NCBI GenBank assembly: GCA_018238625.1
Contig: JABCSY010000018.1
Span: 1 to 50,363 of the forward strand
Source of the DNA: Promethearchaeota archaeon
Lineage (GTDB): Archaea; Asgardarchaeota; Lokiarchaeia; Sigyniarchaeales; SOKP01
Reading direction: 5' to 3'
Length of the DNA stretch: 50,363 nt
The notes under the pieces are model-generated. The model searched no databases. It was given only the letters and a program-made list of their open reading frames with translations, and was not told the origin of the DNA. Shown piece by piece: positions 9,456 to 17,300 of this stretch (position 1 is the first letter of the stretch; each line of letters begins with the position of its first letter). A program made the position numbers and the translations under genes.

Positions 9456-10457
9456 ATGAAATTAAGAGTTGGTTTGATAGGAGCTGGAGGTTTTGGAAAT
9501 CTTCACTTATCTGGCTATAAGAAAAATGAAAATTGTGAATTAGTAGCAGTTGCATCCCGAACGGAACAAAGTGCTACAAGAGCATCTGGAAAATTTAACA
9601 TACCCAAAGTTTATTGGGGAGAAGATTGGCGAAAGATGTTAAGAGAAGAAAAGTTGGATGTCGTATCAATCTGTTCTCCAAATTATTTACACACCCCCAT
9701 GACCATTGAAGCAATAAATAATAACGTAAATGTATTATGCGAAAAACCCATTGCTATTTCAATGAAGGAATTAGAAGAAATTGAAAAACTATTACAGCAA
9801 AAAAACTTGATTTTTTTTTCCTCCTTTCAAAAAAGATATAACCCATTGATGGTTTACATTAAAAAGATCATTGAAAATGAAGTATTGGGAAAAATTACTT
9901 TGGTTAGATACTTTTTTAGCCATTTAGGACCTTATACCTCTTGGAGACCTTTATCTCAGCAGAAATGGTTTTTTGATTCTGAGATGGCTGGAGGTGGTGT
10001 GTTGTTGGATCTTGGCGTTCACTGCATAGATACCCTCCGGTATTTATTGGGCGAATTTACAGAAATTGAAGGGTATAGTCAGAATACTTCGTGCAAGAAT
10101 ATAAAAAATGAGGACAATTGCAATGTGCTCTTTCGTTTTCGCAATGATACTATTGGGTTTGTAAGCGTTTCATGGTGTAATGAACCCGCTGAAGTTATTG
10201 AGATATTTGGAACCAAAGGAATCTTGAAGATAGATCTACACTCAAGTGAACCTCTCTCCTATATCTCTAGGAAACTAAAAAGAAGTGAATATATCAAGGA
10301 TGCATTGGCTTATGAACCTGGAAGTGGAAGGACACAACATTCATTGATTGACCATTTTATAGATTGTGTTTTAAACAAGAAACAAGAACATCCTAATTTT
10401 AAGGACGGTAAGAGAGCAACAGAATTCGCCTTAAAAGCATATTCATTTAAAAAATGA
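9456..10457 (+). CDS. Gfo/Idh/MocA family oxidoreductase
   Basis: GLIGAGGFG, VLCEKP, GGGVLLDLGVH. Confidence 0.92.
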   Translation: MKLRVGLIGAGGFGNLHLSGYKKNENCELVAVASRTEQSATRASGKFNIPKVYWGEDWRKMLREEKLDVVSICSPNYLHTPMTIEAINNNVNVLCEKPIAISMKELEEIEKLLQQKNLIFFSSFQKRYNPLMVYIKKIIENEVLGKITLVRYFFSHLGPYTSWRPLSQQKWFFDSEMAGGGVLLDLGVHCIDTLRYLLGEFTEIEGYSQNTSCKNIKNEDNCNVLFRFRNDTIGFVSVSWCNEPAEVIEIFGTKGILKIDLHSSEPLSYISRKLKRSEYIKDALAYEPGSGRTQHSLIDHFIDCVLNKKQEHPNFKDGKRATEFALKAYSFKK

Positions 10458-10645
10458 ACTGAAGTAGTAATTAAAAATATTTTTTGGATGGATTAATGAA
10501 ATTATATTGATTCTGGAAAATTGTATATATTATATAACCATTTCCTATAGCGCTCCAAATCTAACAATGAATTTTAATGTCTCTTTGTAATTTTTCTATT
10601 TAATTAGTAGGTAAATTTTAACTTCTAAAAAAAAAAATATAAATT

Positions 10646-12034
10646 TTAAAGATTTAACTCTTTTAACTTTTCTTTGATCTCCATTGTTTTTTCGGGTGTT
10701 AATTTGTAAACAAGAATGAAAATAACCAATGCTATTAGTGTTAAAATCATTGGAATTAACGCCGTGTGCACTAGAATTCCAAACTGTGCTAATTCAGTTT
10801 GAACATCAGAAGTCGCGTCAAACCCCGTTAATATGTGCGTGATAGTAAAAATTAATCCTTGGATAACAAGTGCTAATCTTAAGAAAAAGGTACGCACTCC
10901 CATAAAAGCGCCTTCTATGCGGTGACCCGTTTTAACAGTAGCTTCATCAATTGTATCTGCAAGAGCCGCATCTTGGCCAACTCTTAATGCTCCTCCACCA
11001 ATACCAAGTAATAATGCCGCAAAAGCATAACCCATAACGCCATGTACGAACATAAACGGTAACAAGAAGATTGTGTTAAGAAATACACCTATAATTAACA
11101 TTTTTCGGTTATTTTTAATCTTTTGAGCCAAAAGTAACCAAAAGAAAATAGATCCTAAAGCCCCTAAGATAAATGCGGCCATGAAAATTATAGAAGTTCC
11201 CGCTTCCTCTAATAATATGTACTTAGTCAGGTATTGAATGGACGCAACAAGACTTACTCCGATTAACGCATCCATGAGGAAGACTAAATTCAGGGCTAAA
11301 AAATTCTTTGAGGATAGCACGATTTTGAGAGCTGCCAAGAACGAAACCATTTCTTTGTTATCTTGTTCACTGATATATCTATCCTTCATCTCTTTTGTTT
11401 CGATGTGTCCCGGTATGATCGTAAAAAACAGAATTACGCTAATACCAGCGATGACCCAAGCCATAGTTGCGTATGATTGGCGATCTCCGTATGTGACAAG
11501 CAGGGGAGGGATAATGGAACCCAGCGCTAATCCGACTAGGATCAATGCCCTACCAATTGTCCCTACCTTTCGCCTGTCAGCATCTAAACGAAACCTATCA
11601 GGAAACAAAGCTGCATGATTCAATGAAAAAATCGAGACGAACAATTCATAAAGGCAAAGAAAAAATACAATCCATATGAATAAAACCCATTCTCCACTCA
11701 CGGGATCTATATTTGGTGGAGCGAATATAGCAATAATTAAGAGAATGGCGGGAAAAGCAGAAAGCATTATCCAAGGAAACCGTTTACCATACCGGCTCCA
11801 AAACTTCTTGGGACGATCAGCGAGATACCCTACAAGAGGATCGTTTATAGCATTCCATATAGCATATATTGTATAGGCAAGAGTAACGATCCAGATATTT
11901 AATCCCACCTCCGTTTCCCAGAATATAAAGAAAAAAGCTCCGAAAGCTATTCCAATTGTTTGAATTAATAAATCTGCCATGCTATAGGAGATTATTAAAA
12001 GATTCGATTCCTTTCGTTCTAATTTTTTTGACAT
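10646..12034 (-). CDS. MFS transporter, glycoside-pentoside-hexuronide (GPH) type
   Basis: About 12 hydrophobic segments; WNAINDPLVGYLADR…GKRFPW; LADTIDE…EGAFMG. Confidence 0.9.
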   Translation of the reverse strand: MSKKLERKESNLLIISYSMADLLIQTIGIAFGAFFFIFWETEVGLNIWIVTLAYTIYAIWNAINDPLVGYLADRPKKFWSRYGKRFPWIMLSAFPAILLIIAIFAPPNIDPVSGEWVLFIWIVFFLCLYELFVSIFSLNHAALFPDRFRLDADRRKVGTIGRALILVGLALGSIIPPLLVTYGDRQSYATMAWVIAGISVILFFTIIPGHIETKEMKDRYISEQDNKEMVSFLAALKIVLSSKNFLALNLVFLMDALIGVSLVASIQYLTKYILLEEAGTSIIFMAAFILGALGSIFFWLLLAQKIKNNRKMLIIGVFLNTIFLLPFMFVHGVMGYAFAALLLGIGGGALRVGQDAALADTIDEATVKTGHRIEGAFMGVRTFFLRLALVIQGLIFTITHILTGFDATSDVQTELAQFGILVHTALIPMILTLIALVIFILVYKLTPEKTMEIKEKLKELNL

Positions 12035-12171
12035 TTTTATATTAACTCTTATTATTTAATTGTGTGTGTTTTTAGTTTATTTAACTTTTTAAAAAAAAAA
12101 TAAATTATTAGTTTAGATTCTTTCTAACTAATATATAAATATTACATGATTGAAATCAAACATTGCATTTA

Positions 12172-12245
12172 GCATCTCCTAAATTAATCCACGCGTCTGC
12201 GTCTTTTTAGTCTAATTCGGTTGATTTCTTATATTGTTAAATCAT
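12172..12245 (-). pseudogene. 5' remnant of the TPR gene
   Basis: Reads MI*QYKKSTELD*KDADAWINLGDA versus MIERYKKSTELDPNDADAWINLADA in the intact gene; two in-frame stops. Confidence 0.85.
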
Positions 12246-12326
12246 TTTATAAATCAGATATTTCTCAGAAAAAAATGTTTTATTCCTATTTTTTTTTTTT
12301 TGGAAATTTAAAAAGTTCATCAATTA

Positions 12327-13367
12327 CTATTTATCGATTATCATTTTATCTTGAACTTGATCGGTCAGTAAAATTCTTAAGTAACTTTTATCGTTTTTGA
12401 AATTTACTTCTTCTAATTTACCATTAACTAGCACATTTTCACCATTGATTGCTTGTTCGCAAAATCTTCCTCTAAACGAGTTAATTTCAATAAGAGCTTT
12501 TAAGTCTACGTCTCTGCAATTAATATTACTTTCTAAAACTTTTAAAAGCTCTATTTTATAAGAACAAGGAGTAAAAATTGAATTGGTTGATTCAATAACT
12601 TTTGCTTTTATTTTTATCCGCCCTAAGTTCTTAAATTTGTAATCGTAATAAGTTCCTTTCCAAGCTTCGGGACTTTTAATATATCTTATAAAAAAATCGA
12701 TTCCATGAAATTTTCCTTGGTGTAACTTTCTTTTTTCGCTTTTTAAAAACTCTTCGAAGTTAATATCAGACCCTCCGACTCTCCATTTATAATGAGTTTT
12801 ATATTCCTCTAAATTATACATACTACAATTGTTTGAAGCTTGAAAAATATTTTTTAATTTATCTTGAAATTCTAAACTAACTTGAGTACCATAAATGACT
12901 ATATCAATATCTGAGCTTTTTTTGTCTAATCCAATCATAGGAGACCCCGATATCCCAATAGAATTTTCTGGAATATCACCTTTATCAATTAAAAGTTCAC
13001 ATAGATTTTTAGACTGAATTTCTGTTTCTATTAAATCATTTTTATCTTTAAGCTTTTTAAAATAGGCTCTAGGGGTGTAAATTTGTTTTATATCTTCTAA
13101 TTTTACTCCTTGAAGTTCTAAATCAAAATTTTTCGAAAAGAATAGATGTTGAGGATAATGCTCTCTTAATTTTGAGTATCTCTCATCGAGCGAATAGATT
13201 TTTTTAAATTTAATGTCATCCTTTATTCTATCTCCATTTTGATCAGGATAAAATCTTAAAAAACAAATCTTACGATCATTAGGGTGATGAATACCTTTTA
13301 TATCAAAAAATAGATGGTTTTGTTTTGTTTCAAGGTAATCTCCTTCAATTCCTTTTGGAATTTTCAT
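12327..13367 (-). CDS. archaeal predicted nucleotidyltransferase
   Basis: IGISGS…SSDIDIVIYG polymerase-beta-type motif; N-terminal FDIKGIHHP…FLRFYP. Confidence 0.8.
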   Translation of the reverse strand: MKIPKGIEGDYLETKQNHLFFDIKGIHHPNDRKICFLRFYPDQNGDRIKDDIKFKKIYSLDERYSKLREHYPQHLFFSKNFDLELQGVKLEDIKQIYTPRAYFKKLKDKNDLIETEIQSKNLCELLIDKGDIPENSIGISGSPMIGLDKKSSDIDIVIYGTQVSLEFQDKLKNIFQASNNCSMYNLEEYKTHYKWRVGGSDINFEEFLKSEKRKLHQGKFHGIDFFIRYIKSPEAWKGTYYDYKFKNLGRIKIKAKVIESTNSIFTPCSYKIELLKVLESNINCRDVDLKALIEINSFRGRFCEQAINGENVLVNGKLEEVNFKNDKSYLRILLTDQVQDKMIIDK

Positions 13368-13387
13368 AGGTATCCCAAACTCATTTA

Positions 13388-14470
13388 TTAATATTTTGAA
13401 GGGGTTTTTGATTTGATTTTATATTTTGGAATCTCTTTTATTTTTCTTAACTCTCTTTCAAAATCGCGCTTTTCTCTGAGAAATCTCTCTTTATCGCTTT
13501 TTAATTTTTCTCTTTCTCTTCTAATTGCCTGCTTTTCATTCTGTATCGTCGATTTTTCTTTTTCCAATTGTTTAGATTCATTTTTTAATTTTTTAAGTTT
13601 ATTCTCTAAATTACGAATTTTATGTTCTAAAGAATAAAAAGTATCTTCTGCTTTAGGAACTTTTCTTTCTAATTCCTTCAATCTTGCTTCTTGACCTTTT
13701 TTCTTTCTTTCTAATTCTCTTACGTCACGATCTGCATTCTCTTTATACTTGCTTAATCCTTCTTTTTTTTTATCAACTTCACGAGATTGAAGATTTAAAT
13801 CTTTTTTTTTATAGCGAACTTTTTCTTTTTCATCTTTTAATTTTCTTTTCTCATCTTCAATTCGATTTTTTTCATCTATTATTTCTCTTCTCAAACTATT
13901 GGTTTCTTTGGTTAGATTATCTCTTTCTCTCGTTAAATTCTTAATTTCATTTCTCAAATCCATTAATGTGTTTTCCAAATTTTCAATAGTTCTTTCTAAC
14001 GCATTTTCTCTCCGTTCCATACCGGGTATTTTAGTTTTAATTTCCTTAATTCTATCTTTTGCTCTTTCTTTATCTTTTTCTAAATATTTTTTCTCACTCT
14101 CTATCTCGTCTTTTAATCCTTGTAGTTTCTCTTGATATCGTTCTAAGTTAGCATTTTTTTGATCTAGATTATCTCTACTTTGCTTTATTTCATTTCTCAT
14201 AGTTTCTAATTCATTTTTTAATTTTCCATGTTTATTTTGTAGGTCTCTCACTTGAAGTTCTTTTTCTTTTCTTTTCTTTTCTAAATCTTCAATATTTTCG
14301 TTGTATCCTTCAAATCTTTTAATAACCTGTTCCCATTCGTTTTTCTCTTTGTTCAATTTAGCTGTTTCTTCCTTAATTTTTTTGAGTAATTTAGCATCTG
14401 GAATTACATCTAATTGCTCTTCAGGTGTTTTTTCTCGAATTTGATATTTAGGAATGTGTTTATCGTTCAT
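13388..14470 (-). CDS. long coiled-coil protein with matching N- and C-terminal motifs
   Basis: About 310 aa of E/K/R/L-rich heptads; IPKYQIREKTP at the N-terminus and IPKYKIKSKTP at the C-terminus. Confidence 0.85.
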   Translation of the reverse strand: MNDKHIPKYQIREKTPEEQLDVIPDAKLLKKIKEETAKLNKEKNEWEQVIKRFEGYNENIEDLEKKRKEKELQVRDLQNKHGKLKNELETMRNEIKQSRDNLDQKNANLERYQEKLQGLKDEIESEKKYLEKDKERAKDRIKEIKTKIPGMERRENALERTIENLENTLMDLRNEIKNLTRERDNLTKETNSLRREIIDEKNRIEDEKRKLKDEKEKVRYKKKDLNLQSREVDKKKEGLSKYKENADRDVRELERKKKGQEARLKELERKVPKAEDTFYSLEHKIRNLENKLKKLKNESKQLEKEKSTIQNEKQAIRREREKLKSDKERFLREKRDFERELRKIKEIPKYKIKSKTPSKY

Positions 14471-14643
14471 GGTACTTGTAAAAACTCATATAAATTTTTA
14501 AATATATTATATAATTTTTCACTCTAAAGTGTTTGTAATTTACTTTTAAGACAATTTTTGTTGTCGATTTATATATTATCATTTCCATTATTTCTATAAG
14601 AGAAATATTAAATTTAAAATTCTAAACTAATGGTGTTTGTCTA

Positions 14644-15021
14644 ATGGATTTTGAGGAAGATTTTAACGAGGAACTTGACGAAGACTTAGATGAAGAATTA
14701 GAGGAACCTTCTACAAAGGCCCCCACGGAAGAAGTTGCAGTTAAAACTCCAGATCAAAAAATCTCACAAGAAGGAAAAAAGATTTCAGTGTATTTTCTAT
14801 CAACCATAGGACCTGGTGAGAAAAAACAAAAATTACTTGTTTTCACGGGCAATCTGGTGGGAGATATCAAGGAGACTGTAGCAAATTTGTTTGCTTTAGA
14901 TCCTGCAGATTTTCATTTATCTTCGGGCGGCGTAACCATGGATGAGGATAACCAGTTAAGTGATTATAATGTGGTTGATGGAGATGATATATTACTAATT
15001 CCAGCTAGCGTAGCTGGTTGA
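14644..15021 (+). CDS. ubiquitin-like protein A (acidic N-tail, C-terminus …IPASVAG)
   Basis: Beta-grasp pattern: VGDIKETV helix, FHLSSGGVTMDEDNQLSDYNVVDGDDILLI resembles ubiquitin [30 protein letters not shown]; adjacent to E1/E2. Confidence 0.85.
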   Translation: MDFEEDFNEELDEDLDEELEEPSTKAPTEEVAVKTPDQKISQEGKKISVYFLSTIGPGEKKQKLLVFTGNLVGDIKETVANLFALDPADFHLSSGGVTMDEDNQLSDYNVVDGDDILLIPASVAG

Positions 15022-15073
15022 ATAAATTGGAAAGATAGAGACAATTTAGTAATATTTTTTTCATTTTTCACTT

Positions 15074-15862
15074 CTATTTTTTTCTTGATGGAATTAGCGC
15101 AATTTCGTCATCATCGTCAATAGCATAATCTTTTATTAGAAGAGTTTCATCTAATAAAATCCCCCCAGATGATAATAGAAAACCTTCTAGATTATAATCA
15201 AATAATATTCCAACTTTTTCTTTTATGACACTTACTAATTCAGACGTTTCAATTATGAGAATCTTAGTTTTCTCACCTGGTTCGACTAATGACCTTATAT
15301 AAACACGTACTTTCTCATCCATCCCAATAGTTTGCAATGGTGGGTTGTATATCACTTGTTCCTCAGTTAAGCTCTTGGTTTCTAACATGTCTTCAATTAA
15401 CTGTTTTCTCTCACCGGCATCAAAATACAACATTTCCCTAATAAAAAATATTTTGTCCATTTTTGATAATCCTAAGAGATCAATTTTAGCTATTTCTTCT
15501 TTATTAAAAATAGTAAAAATATAATCATCCATCGATTCTATTTCCTCGAATGATTCCACTGCATTGGCATAATTATCAATTAAAGGCATTGCATCAAAAT
15601 AATCCTCAAGTAGAGCACTAGTTTTTTTCTTACTCAGTTTTTGCTTAGGAAAAGATTTAATATCTTTCATCTTCACATTGGGGGTATTTTTAGATTGAAC
15701 AACTGTGTAGATAGTGCTTGTGGATAGCACAGCAACACTACCAATTGTTAAAAAGAGATATATTGGAACATTTTCTACTTGTAAAAAGATAAGAATCAAA
15801 TAAACAAATGCTATCCCTACGTAAAGAGTTATGAGACTTAAGACTCTAAAATTCTTCCTCAT
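15074..15862 (-). CDS. two-TM membrane protein with C-terminal ubiquitin-like domain
   Basis: Two N-terminal hydrophobic helices; last ~80 aa align with the two free Ubls (PGEK, IKE, LSSGG, DE, KDY, LIP) but end SRKK. Confidence 0.85.
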   Translation of the reverse strand: MRKNFRVLSLITLYVGIAFVYLILIFLQVENVPIYLFLTIGSVAVLSTSTIYTVVQSKNTPNVKMKDIKSFPKQKLSKKKTSALLEDYFDAMPLIDNYANAVESFEEIESMDDYIFTIFNKEEIAKIDLLGLSKMDKIFFIREMLYFDAGERKQLIEDMLETKSLTEEQVIYNPPLQTIGMDEKVRVYIRSLVEPGEKTKILIIETSELVSVIKEKVGILFDYNLEGFLLSSGGILLDETLLIKDYAIDDDDEIALIPSRKK

Positions 15863-15946
15863 GATTTTTATGATAAATTTTATTCAAATTTCTAATATAT
15901 AATTCAAAATATAAATCCCATTGGAATAAGTTTGAAATTTTGATGC

Positions 15947-16618
15947 TCACTCACCTAAAATTGATTCTCTTATCTTATAGTATTTCTCTGCATTGATTTT
16001 AAAAGAAACCTTTTTATTTTCTTTTTCGATTGTTACTAAATCCAGATTTTTTAATATTTCAAGATACTTTTTTATCGTATTATAATTCTTTTTTAATCCA
16101 GTTGAAATTTCAGTACCCTTTAATGTTTTATTTTCTTTAATCATAAAATCAATTATTTCTTGTACAATATTTCGTTTTAAATAAAAAAATAACATATCGT
16201 ATTCTGGATTTGAATCGTATTCAAAGATTATTTTTTGATTGCCAATTTTTTTTGATCTAGTAAATCTAAATTTTTCAAGGCAGGATAAATGCCATAGTGT
16301 TTGATTGCTTCCAATATTAATGGCTTTCATTATTTCATTAATATTTGATGGATTCTTTCTAATATAGTTATAGATCTCGTTTCTAATGGGGTGCTCTATA
16401 ATATTGTTTTTCATTAATTTTGTTCCAGGAACTAAAATTCTTTTTTTAATTAGATTTTTAATTATAAGTTCAATACTATTTTTATTTAGATAAGGGTTAG
16501 ATTTTACTCTATTATTGATAAATACAACAATATCTTCTATTGAAAAGAAAGGTTTCTTTTTCAAATATTCCCCTATTAAATCACAAACAATAGATTGAAG
16601 GTTATCCGGAGAGCTCAT
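15947..16618 (-). CDS. multi-domain winged helix-turn-helix regulator
   Basis: RNEIYNYIRKNP…WHLSCLEKF and EISTGLKKNYNTIKKYLEILKNLDLV wHTH repeats. Confidence 0.8.
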   Translation of the reverse strand: MSSPDNLQSIVCDLIGEYLKKKPFFSIEDIVVFINNRVKSNPYLNKNSIELIIKNLIKKRILVPGTKLMKNNIIEHPIRNEIYNYIRKNPSNINEIMKAINIGSNQTLWHLSCLEKFRFTRSKKIGNQKIIFEYDSNPEYDMLFFYLKRNIVQEIIDFMIKENKTLKGTEISTGLKKNYNTIKKYLEILKNLDLVTIEKENKKVSFKINAEKYYKIRESILGE

Positions 16619-16886
16619 AGGCTTATATTTTTACTATGTTAAAAGGTCTGAACTTATTAATCAAATCTTCTTTCTAAACAGTATTCTCACCAATAAATAT
16701 TAATAAATTGTCATTCAATTTATAAATATATGTTCTTAGGAACTCTAATTAATATATTATTTCGTTTTCTTTTTAAAATTAATAAAACTTCAAAATCATT
16801 CCAATGGGTTTTTTAATATCATTTTAACATCATATTATTAAATTCTTAAAAAAAAATAAATTAAAAAAATAGATAAAGTGATTTGA

Positions 16887-17222
16887 ATGAGTTTTGAAGA
16901 CGATTTTGATGAAGAATTAGAACCAGTTAAATCTAAAACTCCATCAACAAGTAAAACACCCTCAACAGGCAAGAAGTTGACTCTATATTTCATGTCAACT
17001 ATTGGTCCTGGTGAAAAGAAGGAAAAGTTAACGGTGAACGACGCTAATAATGTAAGTGACATCAAACAAACATTAGGAAATTTATATGGACTTGATCCTG
17101 AAGAATTTCATCTTTCCTCTGGAGGAAGAACAATGGATGAGGATAGTCAATTAAAAGATTATAGTGTTAGCGACGGCGACGATATACTTTTAATTCCAGC
17201 AAGTACTGCTGGATACTTTTAA
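16887..17222 (+). CDS. ubiquitin-like protein B, pro-form (C-terminus …IPASTAG-YF)
   Basis: About 70% identical to Ubl A over the 82-aa core; first gene before E1; GTGA upstream of the ATG. Confidence 0.88.
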   Translation: MSFEDDFDEELEPVKSKTPSTSKTPSTGKKLTLYFMSTIGPGEKKEKLTVNDANNVSDIKQTLGNLYGLDPEEFHLSSGGRTMDEDSQLKDYSVSDGDDILLIPASTAGYF

Positions 17223-17248
17223 ATATTTCTTTTCATAAAATTTAATAT

Positions 17249-17282
17249 AAGGGCATTAAGCCCTTCAATTTTTTTATTTTTT
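17249..17282 (+). terminator. hairpin plus T-tract between Ubl B and E1
   Basis: aagggc-attaa-gccctt followed by aatttttttatttttt. Confidence 0.55.
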
Positions 17283-17300
17283 CAATTAATAATAATAATA

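Noticed and set aside
13388-14470. SMC/Rad50 or ESCRT-III assignment for the coiled-coil protein
   Set aside because: No Walker motifs or hinge, and no recognisable Snf7 pattern
15019-15123. TGA readthrough (Sec) of Ubl A would add a hydrophobic tail (INWKDRDNLVIFFSFFTSIFFL…)
   Set aside because: The hydrophobicity is explained by the T-rich intergenic sequence, the extension runs antisense into the next gene, and no SECIS was recognised
14644-17222. Interpreting the Ubls as SAMP/MoaD/ThiS sulfur carriers for the nearby cofactor genes
   Set aside because: No di-Gly, and they are linked to an E2, RING-like protein and Uba2/3-type E1 rather than to MoaE/ThiG
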